Below, piece by piece: positions 14,507-26,100 of a stretch of DNA of 63,933 bases (position 1 is its first letter; every line of letters starts with the position of its first letter). This DNA is from Octopus bimaculoides. Taxonomy: Eukaryota. The stretch lies in assembly GCF_001194135.2 (NCBI RefSeq), contig NC_068997.1:56766596-56830528 (forward strand). Direction: 5' to 3'. The translations under genes and the position numbers were made by a program. The notes beneath the pieces were generated by a model. The model did not search any database, was not told where the DNA came from, and saw nothing but the letters and a program-made list of their open reading frames with translations.

Positions 14507-15254
14507 AAGATTGAATGATTTATAAAAGTTAATTTTAAAAATCGAAGGTCAAGCCTTAAGCAACACACACGCCCCGTACACACACACACACATGCTCCCC
14601 CACCGCAGACACTCCCCACACACGCCCCTACCTCAAGATAAATATAGCTTGAGGCTGGGATATTTATCAGTTGTTTTCGTTTATAATGTTTAGCCCCTGG
14701 TTAGTCCCGATTGTTTGGAACCGGGCCTGAAAATATTCAGAGTTAGTATATGGGAATTACGTGAAAGAGGCTCGCTTATTGATTCGCCAGGTTCCAGTTG
14801 GTTGACTGCGCTGCTTTTAAAATCGGCAATGTTCATAACTGCGGAAATAAATGATATTGATATCAGATACAAAAATTAGGACAATAACCGTCATTGCAGA
14901 ATGAGAGCATCAGAGAAAAGGATAAAAGAATTCGATTTGTTATCGAGAGGTTTGTTATGGAGCAGCTCTTTTGTTTCAACCTGGCATTGATCGAATAATG
15001 AGCAGTGATCGAAGAATCAAAGTGACTTGGGATTACAGTGTCTGTTTATAAAAGACTGGGTCAAAACTTTTATGGCAGCCACCTAGTTTACTCTTCACAC
15101 CATATTAATTTGGCACTTTCTCCATTGTACTATTTATCTGTCTGTCTGTTTGTCTATATTTGTGTACATACATGCTCACAGACACACAGACAAACAGACA
15201 CACAAAATCAAATATAAATATATGTACAGGGATATATACATATATGTCTATGTA

Positions 15255-15310
<56 letters not shown>

Positions 15311-15566
15311 NNNNNNNNNNNNNNNNNNNNNNNNNNNNNNNNNNNNNNNNNNNNNNNNNNNNNNNNNNNNNNNNNNNNNNNNNNNNNNNNNNNNNNNNNN
15401 NNNNNNNNNNNNNNNNNNNNNNNNNNNNNNNNNNNNNNNNNNNNNNNNNNNNNNNNNNNNNNNNNNNNNNNNNNNNNNNNNNNNNNNNNNNNNNNNNNNN
15501 NNNNNNNNNNNNNNNNNNNNNNNNNNNNNNNNNNNNNNNNNNNNNNNNNNNNNNNNNNNNNNNNNN

Positions 15567-15641
<75 letters not shown>

Positions 15642-16138
15642 AAATTTGTACATGTGTATTTAAGAAGAAGTAGTCAGTTTGTCTGGAGAGAAATCCGTTC
15701 AAACTGAGCATCTTATCTATTTCTATATTTTCCAAACAATTTATCGGAAGATAGATTGCTAATGAAACACAGAAAGAGAAAGTAAAAACAAAGAGATAAG
15801 GAGATAGATAGGCAGAGAAATAGTGTGAGAGAGAGAGGGGAAAGACGAGTTAACAATGATGAAAACAAAGAGAAAAATCTAAGAGAAAAAAAAAACGATA
15901 AATAGAAATATTTTTAGATATTTCTGTAAAACATCAGCAATTTGCGTTCGACGATGAAGATAGATTCTTTACTGTTTGTAGAGAGTATTACCTATCGATT
16001 ATTAACGCCGACTCATTCGTGCTCAAGTGCAATTGCTAGGAATCTCCAGTCCAGTCTTAGAATGCTACCACGAACAATTCCAACCGTACTCATCGTCCGA
16101 TTGGTTTCTCCTTGCAACTTTCATACTCTTACGCTTCC

Positions 16139-16172
<34 letters not shown>

Positions 16173-16250
16173 GAGGTCACTGCCTGGAATCGAACTCGTA
16201 ATCTTGGGGTTAGTAGCTTGCGCTCTTAACCACTGCACCATATGCCCGTG
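16173..16250 (-). pseudogene. tRNA-like SINE head / tRNA pseudogene followed by (TAA)n
   Basis: Minus: GGGCATATGGTGCAGTGGTTAAGAGCGCAAGCTACTAACCCCAAGATTACGAGTTCGATTCCAGGCAGTGACC. A-box TGGTGCAGTGG and B-box GAGTTCGATTCC are present, but anticodon and T stems pair poorly. (TAA)n lies at 16140-16172. Confidence 0.7.
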
Positions 16251-17304
16251 ATATTATCATCCTTATTATGTGTTGTGACTGTTCATTGGAAGCTGAAGTT
16301 TCTTTTTATATCTTTGACTACCAAACATTTGGTGAATGGAAGGTCTTTAATTCAAACAGTTTCTGCCTTGAGTCAACATTCTCAAATTCTTGCTGAAACA
16401 AGGGTCACCCCTTTTCGTCCCTTCAGGAGAGTAGGTAAGTCGAAATTCTTAATTAATATTCAAAAGTTTAATGAATGGAAGTAATGTGATAATATCTCAG
16501 CTAAAATATACATATGCTGGAAGTTTAACTAAGGATATATTCATTCATTACCACCCGCAAAGACAACATATTTCCTATTGCTCTGTTCTTTCTGCGACTC
16601 GAATGCAAATGTGATATTTTGCACAATGTATTTCCAATCCCAGGAAAGATATTCCCCTATGTCGAAACTATTGAGATATAGTTCAACATTTCGTTATCAA
16701 GAATCGCTTCCTCAGCACATGTGGTATTTTCTACAACGTCCCGAAAAATGGCACTAATGGAACTTTTCCTTACATAGTTTCTGAATAGAGGAAAATATTC
16801 CGCCCTTCTGTACATAATAATGAATAGATGAAAATGTGATGCATATTACAATAGATTCTTTAATTACTAATCTTAAATGAATGCACTATTAACCAATCGT
16901 ATCTCATTTTATCCGGTATATTTTTGCTTATATATTGTGACGCTGCTACTCGTTAATAATATTTAATAATCATAAATACAAAATCCACTTAATCTCGAGA
17001 AGTAAATTGCAAAATGAATGGGTTCAAGACACATTTGAGTGAAGGATAGAATTGAAATTTCAATGTTTCGAAATATCGTCTTCGATAAAAATCCGTTCAC
17101 TTTGTTTGAACAATTAATGAAAATTAAAACAGGGATACTGATAACAAAAAGTGGTAAAATACTAACGAGATAATTAGATGAGTGCTGAAAGAAAGACGGT
17201 TTGACGCATAATTAAGGCTAACTGAAATCTGCAATGTTCAGTAGAAGCAATTTCGCACGTTTATTATGGAGTTTAATCAAACACGTGGGAGAGGAAGAAA
17301 TAAC

Positions 17305-17430
17305 CGAGTGCCAGATAAAATGCCACTAAGATTTTAATCTTCTAACTGTGAGTTCACATCCGGTCCTTGTTAAAGTTGCCTTTCATGTTTCTGATTGATA
17401 AAATAGGTGCCAGTTTTTGTCTTGGGATTC
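17305..17430 (+). mobile_element. Old degenerate SINE (Meta-domain-like family)
   Basis: tgagttcacatcc...ttgcctttcatg...gataaaataggtgccagtt resembles the family core. Confidence 0.5.
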
Positions 17431-17668
17431 TTCATAGGAAATGTATTTAACGTTAAAATATTTCACATTTCATTAAACACGTGAGTGTCTCACCGTACAT
17501 TAATGTACCAGGATTAATTTACACACACGCACATACACACACACATAAGAAAACATAGAGACAAATATAGATGCCTGCATACACGAAGAGGCTTTAAGAC
17601 TGTAAACAATAAGGTGGCACAAAATTATGTACAGGTAGTTTTAATAAGGCTTTTCTTTTAATTTACAG

Positions 17669-17788
17669 GTGATACAGAAAAGAATCATCTATAAATCTAA
17701 AGATTACCATCTCCAAGAGCGGTGTTTGAAGTAGAAAATCAAAATGGCGATGTTCTTAACTTAGGTTGTCTATCATTACAGCGAACAG
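17669..17788 (+). other. Candidate non-coding or UTR exon (120 nt)
   Basis: Acceptor ttttcttttaatttacag|G and donor cag|GTAAGG. All three frames contain stops. Splice-signal pattern only. Confidence 0.2.
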
Positions 17789-17804
17789 GTAAGGTTATTA
17801 GAGT

Positions 17805-18180
17805 GTTGGTTACTATATCCGGCCTTCGGTGCTCTATCTTGTCTTTCAGAGGATTCTTGCCTTGCTCTTATTCGTTCATTACTTTGTATGTTGGTGCGAG
17901 GCACCCGTAAGGTCATATCCATGCTTGAGGCAGAGTAACTAGTGGAGGTTTTGGGTTAACTTGTCGTGTCTACGCTTGTACTCTTTCCGCGAGTCACGCT
18001 TTCGACCCTCTTCCCACACATTCTACAGATGTCCGTTTCACTTGTGAGGTATATATTCCTTTTCAATAAGTTGTTATTCAATGCTTGTTACTGGACAGCG
18101 ATGATTAGGCTTTCAGTATTCTTCTTTAGCTCATCCTCTTTGAGCCACCTCCATGATGCTTCCTGGTCTTTCCGGTGGAA
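17805..18180 (-). mobile_element. R4/Dong-like (REL-endonuclease) non-LTR retrotransposon, C-terminal fragment
   Basis: Minus translation SWRWLKEDELKKNTESLIIAVQ*QAL...CRMCGKRVESVT / KEYKRRHDKL..LH*LLCLKHG...IEHRRPDIV: zinc-knuckle start, RHD motif and PD motif of restriction-like endonuclease LINEs. Abuts (TAA)n at 18182-18227. Confidence 0.8.
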
Positions 18181-18181
18181 C

Positions 18182-18227
<46 letters not shown>

Positions 18228-18229
<2 letters not shown>

Positions 18230-18392
18230 GGCGGAATCCGGGCGAAGTGATTAACAGTATTTCGTCTGCCGCTACGTTCTGAGTTCCAGTTCCGCCGATA
18301 TTGACTTTGCCTTTTACCCTTTGGGGGTCGATGATATAAGCAACAGTGAAATGCTGGGGTCGATATAATCGACTTAAACCTTCACCCGTGGA
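18228..18392 (+). mobile_element. SINE (Meta-domain-like family)
   Basis: aaggcgg...tatttcgtctgccgctacgttctgagttcc.gttccgccga...gactttgcctttta.cctttgggggtcgat. Confidence 0.85.
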
Positions 18393-20759
18393 TTTGAAGT
18401 TTTGAAAATTATTTTAAAAGAGGATAAATGAGTGGCAGTTGAATCAGCCATTTTCATTTTCACGTTCGATTTGAAGGGTAAAATCCGGATAACATTTGAA
18501 AAGGTAAGGGATCGAATTATATACGGTAATGTGCTTCTTTAAAAATATCGATGCTATATTATAGCTTAGAGAAGATTTTAGTTCTGGCCTTCAAAAAAGG
18601 AAAAGAAATAAGATCTTTAGCATTTTGTCCGGGCTTTGATTTATCTTACGGAAAAATAAATAAAAAAAAGAAAACCTTGTTAGAATAAAACTTATTCTAA
18701 TCAGCGAAACAAAGTTGTATCACAAACTCCTTCTCTTTCTCATGCATAACCATTAAAACTGAGAATTCACGAAGCAGTTTACAAGAAATTTATCATTAGA
18801 TGTTGTAAGGAAAGCTACAACTTCAATTTATTTCGCTTAGAAAAGAAATTCTTTAGCAAGTTCATATGAAATAGGAATTTCAACCGGGAATATTCAATAG
18901 AAGCGCAAGTAACTGTTTAAAATAATTTATCTGAAGAAATGGGTTGATACATCGGCTGTTGTGTTGGATGAAATATGTTATGTTCCAGGGAAAATTAAAC
19001 GAATTCAAAGAAATTAATCATTATTGTAGGGGAAAAAAACTATTTCCAACAAGAAATCAGCAGGAGATTTCGTGAAATAATTTCTCCTTCAATTAAATTC
19101 AAATAAATACACTTTTGATTTCATTACACAGTGTGTTATTATTACATGCAGGTTATGGCATCAGACAACACTCTCCAGTCTTAAAGATTTAAACACTGCA
19201 TGTAGGAAATATATATCTTCATTTTATTTTCTCGTAAATTGTTCGAGAGAAAGAATGTTCCGGCTGAATGTATTTATTATCAAGAAGCACATATATCACA
19301 TGAAATAGTAAAAAGGTTTGCATAAATAGTTCACGGGGAAGAATGATTTGTGATGTGTTGTGTTGAAGGTAACTTATCAGGAAAAATATTGCCTCTTGAT
19401 ACAGAAGTTAGGAATCACATGGAAAACGGTGAACGCAGGTTTAGGGGGAATTTATTTCTGCGACATCATCTTTAACTACAATATAGCTTCTATAGCAAAA
19501 TTTCCAACAGCATTCCAGGAAAATATTTAGCTGAATGTTTGGAAGTAATATTTCGAAATGTCGAGATTATTTGGAAAAAAGTTTGCTGCTAGCGGAAGAA
19601 ATCGATATGCTACTTGTCATGGGAGGATTACACAAGAAAGTCATTGTTATGAAGTAAAAGAGTAGAATTGGAAAGAATTAATGAGGACCTTAGTGGCAAA
19701 AGGCGAGGAATAGAGTAAGTTTAAACAGTGGAATAAATGTTGATATCTTCAGAAAAAGAGATGTTTAATGATTTCGTTTGGATCTTACGTCAGAGAGGGA
19801 GAGAAAGTGGGGCGGGAAACGACAAAGGGTGATGGAGAGAGAGAGAGAAAAGTAGGGTGAGTTATTTATTGCTGAATAAATAGATTCTCAAACCTAAGAA
19901 ACAACCTGTTTCTTCTGAAATATTCTATCGGAAAATTTAGAATTATTTTCTCCTCAAAACAAAATTATAATCCAATGTTTGTGATTTTATATATTTAGGA
20001 AATAAAGTATACGTAAATGTTTGACTGATTTAATCAGGAGTGAAGAATGTTAGCAACTATTTATTTTTGAACTATTTTAAGGGTCTCTTACATAGAGGAA
20101 TACTTGATTGCAGGACAGCGAAGACGATACGCTATGGCTCCGAAGAGTTCTATGTTGACATCGGCAAATTTCATTCCTTGATCAGGAGGAAGACCGATGC
20201 TTTCGACGCTTTTCAAGGCCTTCAAACTTTGCGAAAGGAAGGAAAATATCTTGAAACGGATACTTAAACCAAACTCATGCATCAAACCTAAAGAAGGCTT
20301 TAAAGTTGATCGCTGATGAGAGTAAACTAGAACAACAAATATAACATTTCTCGTCTAAATTCTACATCTAATGAAGTTATGTCGTCAGATGTCCAAAGGA
20401 AAGTCAACTTATGAAGAGCTTATAGAGAGTGAATATACTGAGCAGCTCTGTCTTGCCTATTGAGATATTCTGTGGGCGCAAGAAGCTTGCACATGGAGAC
20501 AACACAATCAATGTTTTCATTATCATTATTTAAACAGTTTGATTCGGCTGCAAATCAAAGTTTAGTGGCTTCGTTATGGAAATCTAGCTCTTGAATTGCC
20601 TGCACCTCTCCATTCCGCTGCCTTCGCTCGACAAGCTAGATTACTTTAGGGAGTCTACGAAATATTAAATTGTATGTTGCCTAATCAAACTATTTTGAAT
20701 AATAATTTGTAACTCATACTAAATGTTTTAAGTGCTGATTTGTTTTGTTTGTCCACTAC

Positions 20760-21620
20760 ATCATCAGTGGTGTATTTGCAAGTGGCTGGAAGTCTATGTT
20801 GAACCACTAGTAAATAATAATATAAATCGAAATAACTTTCACTGTATAGCTTTTCCTGTTTTACTGTTTTCATCGGTGGAGTGTTTTTGTGTTTGGTGTT
20901 ACGATCAGTTTGAAAGATTCACCATCTTAGAAATATAAATCCTTAAAATAGGTAAATGAAACTGTTATATGTTAACATAATTACATCAATTCCTTTCCAT
21001 ACATATTTAGTTTCATAATAGAAATAGTGCCACGTAGGTTATTTCTGCAGCTGGTAAGGAGGTTTGAATCGACCATTTTTTTTTATTTCACAATTCGCCT
21101 GGATTAATTCAGCTCTTCTTCTCAAAGTAATAATGAGAACTTAAATTCTACAAATGAAAGTTAGAACTATATGTCTTATATAAGAGTACGGAGCGATAAC
21201 ATAAGGTTATGATCTCAGTTTAAGATAAAGATATGGTAAGTAAAATAATAATACAAGATGCCTGTAGAGACAGGAACAACGTATGGACTACAATTATATT
21301 AACGGAAGTTTATTGCAGCATTTTACAAATGCATTTTGTCCTTCGTTGAATGCTTACAACTAGCGTTTCTGATTAAATTAGTCAGTCTCATACTAAAGTT
21401 GATGTTTTAGTCGGACAGAAAGAATAGATTCGGAGTAACACACTTTCTTGTAATCAAAAGCAAAAGAAAATCTAATAAGATGAAAGCAATTATTTTCACG
21501 AAATCGAACAGAAAGCACCTTTGAACACATCTTTCTGCAAAGAATTACAACAACAATAGAACATTTTCTTTGCCCACGTCGCTTCCAAGGCATCTCATCA
21601 GATTCAAGCACTGAAAAGCT
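20760..21620 (-). mobile_element. Probable piggyBac-like transposase remnant, very decayed
   Basis: Ordered motif-like pieces on minus: HLIRFSFAFD (~LRFLRFDD), RIVK*KKW...ITYV (~RNITMDNWF...LTYVGT), DENSKTGK, TDDVVDK (~GVDVVDK). Spacing is imperfect. Confidence 0.4.
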
Positions 21621-22769
21621 ACATTGGAAAATTAAACTTTCTAAAAGGTAGAAAATGTATTAATATGATTTCAACAGTAAGAATAATCATTATTGAAGAT
21701 ATTAACTATTATTGGTATTATCATTATTATTATTATTAAAACAAGAATAATTAAGATAGCAGACATTATTTATGAATATTATTAAAGCAAGAATCATTAA
21801 GATAGCAGTTATCGTTTGTTAATATAATCCTCCTTACTGACGACCAGCACCAAAATTTGCGATATTTAGTTTCATCTTTGATAAAAGAACTCATAAATCT
21901 TGAAGCTGCACTATTTCCATCTGGTTTCTATTCTGGGCTTAAACTTGTCTTGCTGCACTAAATACTTTTCCATCAGATAATTTGATGTCAAAAAAATGAA
22001 AATAGTTTGGTTCCAGTCGACAACACAACAGTTTCATTTTACATTGTAACCACATTTCATATAGGTTTTGATTTTCTACAATTGAAATTCCGCAACTCAA
22101 TTATATTTTGGTCCTTACTCACATAGCAATGGTTTCGGTTCCGGGCATATGATTTTATAACTGTCCTGCTCGGGCACTTAAGAAATTTGGAGGAAATACA
22201 AAAGACATTAAAATTATGCTTGTAACTGAAATCCTAGGACTGGCATTTAAAATGTGAAAGAGGATTTCTTTCTCCGTTATAACTTAGTTTTTGTCGCAAC
22301 AGGAAGGAGATGATTCTCCTCGTAGACTTCATAAATTTGAGAGGATTACACTGAAAATAAATTTATTTCTCAGAACAAATATTTGTTTCTATTTTAGGAA
22401 CATATTTTTAAAATATGGACTTGTACATGTCGTCTCTTTTAATGCCTTCAAAACTATTTGCACCACAGTTAATCGAAAATACAAATTAAGCATTTATTTT
22501 TCAAGATGAAGCTTTTATATGTCGTCATCTTATTTATTGTAGCATGTAATTTCCGTTTCACTGTAAGGATGTAAAATTTATAATTTAAAAAAGAATTATA
22601 TGCTAAGTTTTTATATTATTTTGTTTTAACATCGTTTATTAAGATTTTTCTGGTATATTTTAGATATTTCTTTTGATTTAAGTTAGAAAATTGTGGAATT
22701 GGTTCACATGGCATTACTCATTTTTCACCCCTTCCCCAAATAAATATAAAGAAAATTCCTCAATATAAC

Positions 22770-24251
22770 AGAAATTAATTGGAATATGGTTGTATTGCTT
22801 TAGACCATCGGCGAGTTAGGTGAAAGTATCTCATAATATGAAGTTATTATGCTATAAAATTTAAAAGTGCACGATAGCACACGGCAGCTTATGTGTATTA
22901 ATATATTGATATGGTTCAATTACAAATAGCGAAGGAGGCACTTGAATGGTGCGATACTATAGATAAGGTAAAAAAACATACAGCGAAACATGATTTTTGA
23001 CTCGTTGTTTTACAGAAGACATCAAATCGAATAGGTGAATGTGGAAATCATTTATATTTGAAGAGACACTATTAATATTCTCAGTTGATAAATTTCTCCT
23101 TTAGGCTGATAGAGATATTTTAAGTCAGTTGCTCTCAGTAATAAAACTATTTTGCTGGATGAACGAAATAGTGGAAGGCTTTGAAAACCAGTTGTGCCTG
23201 ACGTGCTACATCAAAATATGTTTAACATACAGCATGAGAAGTCAATTACGTGATGTAAGAAGGCTTTATTGATGACCGATGTGAGTTTGTTAAAGGAAAG
23301 AAAATCCATGAGAGAGATATTTTCGGTAAATGTCATTGAAAAGAGAAAGGTATTACAATCTTACTTTGGAAATAAAAATCTTTTCAGCAGTATGATATTG
23401 TGTGCAACTAATGCCGTATCATACATGACAGGTTTGAAAAATGGTCAGGTAATACACATGAAAAGGAAATAATTTATTTGCAAATTAACATGGTATCAAG
23501 AACAGATTGTCGTTGGCAACGGTCTCCAGTTTAGCAGCAGTTTGTTTTGTTGTTAACTAAATCAAAACTCATACTTTGTGCACTACATTACTCTGCTAGT
23601 TACATAGTCTCAAAATTTGAAAGGAAACTCTTTTCTACAAAGGTTCGAAGCCTGTCATAAGAAAAGTTTTTTTTTTGTTTTAAATGCTTCTTCAAGCTTT
23701 ACGATATTGTTATAAAAATTTTACTTATAAATCAGGATGGCCAACAAGGAAAAGGCATTGACTTCATTTGTGGAGACGTAACTGAATGGATTTGTAATTT
23801 TGAAACTTTAATGAGTTACGGGAAATACAGATTTCAAGTGATGCGTGCAAAGAAAGCTGTCAATGGCTTTAAAAGTAAAATCAAACTGCAACAGTACAAC
23901 TTTGGCCGAAGAAGATAGCGTCAGTTTTCGTCTATTGAAAAAATCTTATAATTATTTAAAGACGATAACGTCAGGACGTTCTTCTGTGCACACGTCAATG
24001 GTCGTTCTAAAACCACGTGATGTATGTTTCTTTCTCACTGAGCGTCTTCAACTATATCCTAAGATTCGCATATGACTTGTGAGCAAAGCTTTAACAGAAG
24101 GCGTTCCAATCGTATTTTGGTATATCCTGAAATATATTGCCCAGTCTGTCATTATCTGAGTGCTTTGATGGAAATTTAGCAGTTATGTCTAGCAAGGAGG
24201 GCGGTGACATTGACGTCTCCCTCAAATGTGTCATTCAGACTGGGAAACACG
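22770..24251 (+). mobile_element. hAT-Charlie/Buster (ZBED5/SCAND3-like) transposase remnant
   Basis: Pieces EYGCIA, VALSNKTI..MNEIVEGFENQLC, NMFNIQHEKS, MILCATNAVSYMTG (ORF 23269..23472) resemble YGFI, IPLSNDTVSRRIDEMAEDVENQLC, FSIQLDES, IIACATDGAPSMTG. tgggaaacacg near 24241-24251 resembles a Charlie-type terminus. Confidence 0.7.
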
Positions 24252-25013
24252 ACCGTAGTCGATTGTCTCCCTCTTGAGACAATTAAAGACAATCAATTTA
24301 TTGGATGTGTCGTGTTACCATAGGAGAAAAATAGGAAAGAGAAAGTAATATGACATGAAAATATCAGCCAATATTTTACAGAGAAAGACAGCTGCTGCTT
24401 CTTTAAAGAAAAATATAAGAAAAATATTTCCGACATTGGTATTTTTGTACTGTTACTCAGTTTATATATCACTAATCTATGACATATATATTTATATAGT
24501 TACATTTATTGCACTCATAGATTCGCTGCGTGTGTGCGTGTATGTGTGTATGTGTCTGTGTGTGTGCCTGGAGTAATGATTAACTGTATATATATATATA
24601 TATACGCACACACAATTAGTTGTTACTTTTTACACACACCCATATATGCTACTTATATCAATCATCCGTTTAGCTCCATCTTTGACAGTCCATTTATGTC
24701 AAATTCGACATACTGATCACTTTCTTAACTGGAAAACTATATTTTCATTTCGTCTATACAACTTGAAAACATTTTGTAATTTTAAGTAATTCCTGAGCTG
24801 CCTCAATGATATATTGGTGGAGGATCTTATTCTAAATGTGCTTTGTGAACTTGGTACAAACACCGAAGAAGGTAGGTTTTTAAACGCAATTCTTCTCTTG
24901 TAATTATCAGGTAATAATTCGTTTTCAAATCTGTGAACACATATTCATCAAATAAACCATTTCAGTTGATGCTCCAGCTTGGTCGTATTCCAAAACCTAA
25001 AACAGTAAAAGTA

Positions 25014-25070
25014 CAGTGCTCCAGCATGACCGCAGTCAAAATGACTGAAGCAGGTAAAAGTAAAAGATAT
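25014..25070 (+). mobile_element. 3' tail fragment of CORE-like Octopus SINE
   Basis: gtgctccagcatgaccgcagtcaaaatgactgaagcaggtaaaag matches the tail of the 50431-50745 copy and the inverted copy at 25090-25133. Confidence 0.8.
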
Positions 25071-25085
25071 CTATGCATATTCTTT

Positions 25086-25755
25086 TGTTCTTTTACTTGT
25101 TTCAGTTATTTGACTGCGGCCATGATAGAGCACCGCCTTGAAGATATTTTTAGTTGAACAACTCGACTACAGATCGCAGACGAGTGCCCCACCGCCGTCG
25201 GCCTCGCGGCCGGCCGGTGTCTGAACCCACGCGCTTCTCTCGACCGGTCCAGTCGCTCCACGAAAGCGCAGGCACGGCTAACGCACCTCACCCTCAGCAA
25301 GCGCGACGCTGCCACCCGCGCGCTGCCGTCACATCGCCTCCCTCGCGAGAGGGTCGGTGCGCGGCGCTGCGGTTGCGGGAACGCCCGTAAAGCCGCCCGC
25401 TGCCGCTGGTCAGTGACGAGTATCGGCGACCTACCCGATCCGTCTTGAAGCACGGACCAAGGAGTCCCAGTCGACTGCGAGTCGTTGGAGCCTTTCACTT
25501 CGCAAACTCCGACGTCACAGCGAAAGCAAGAACGTGACACGTCGTCGCGCGCGGTGGGTAGATCGGGGTACCGTCGGCGTGTCCCGCCGTGGCGTCGCCG
25601 ACCACGTAAGCATCGACCTGCCGGCCCTTATCCCTTAAAATAGTCCGAACCCCCTTGGGGTGCGACGGTCACCTACAATGCTTTCTTAAATCCTAGTATT
25701 TCTATCGCTTTGTTTTTTTGCCAAACCACTAAGGTACGGGGACCTAAACACAGCC
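25086..25755 (-). mobile_element. CORE-like SINE 3' half, split by a 28S rRNA insert
   Basis: Left piece cttttacttgtttcagttatttgactgcggccatgatagagcaccgcc...gaacaactcgac (25086-25171) and right piece cctagtatttctatcg...ccactaaggtacggggacctaaacac (about 25690-25752) are consecutive parts of one element as I recall its consensus; the 50431 copy confirms the left piece. Confidence 0.75.
25172..25672 (+). pseudogene. 28S rRNA gene fragment (D2-D3 expansion region), dispersed rDNA pseudogene
   Basis: Contains ccgatccgtcttgaagcacggaccaaggagtc, matching the universal LSU core GACCCGTCTTGAAACACGGACCAAGGAG between D2 and D3. It is followed by cgagtc...cgcaaac...gcgaaagc as in D3. Spot counts give 57-70% GC and abundant CpG against an AT-rich background. 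Confidence 0.85.
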
Positions 25756-25939
25756 CCTTCCTCCCTCATCATCCCACTCCGGACCTATTTTGCCATTTTT
25801 TTTTTTTTTTTTTGCAATTCAAAACTATGGGAAGAGCATTTTCGGTAAAAAAATAAAAGAAATTAGTAATATTTTCACAGGGAAAAGTGATTTAAGGGCG
25901 GTTTGGCTGTTGTTTCTAGCACAATCCAAAGACAACCCT

Positions 25940-26100
25940 CCTCGCATGTATTTATGCTTTTCAATACTTAATTTATCGATCCCGAAAGGGTAAAAGGAAA
26001 AGTCGACCTCAGTGGAATTTGAGCTCAGGACGTAGCGTCAGACGAAACACAGCTAAGCATTTCGTCCGGAGTGCTACCAATTCTGCCTGCTCGCCGCCCT
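25940..26100 (-). mobile_element. SINE (Meta-domain-like family)
   Basis: tacttaatttatcgatcccgaaagggtaaaaggaaaagtcgacctcagtggaatttgagctcag...tctgcctgctcgccgccct. Confidence 0.85.

Noticed and set aside
14690-14880. Open frames on both strands; similarly 20040-20285 and 26684-26944
   Set aside because: 60-86 codons, no recognisable domain, and within chance expectation for 64 kb.
16173-16250. Functional tRNA-Ser(ACT)
   Set aside because: The anticodon and T stems do not pair, and the unit runs straight into (TAA)n; treated as a SINE head or pseudogene.
21722-21815. Two-copy ~47-bp tandem duplication (also an 18-bp duplication near 29761-29795)
   Set aside because: Ordinary local slippage duplications with no further structure.
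25106-25540. 144-aa and 78-aa R/A-rich ORFs over the GC island
   Set aside because: Stop-poor only because of high GC; the segment is explained as a 28S rRNA fragment.
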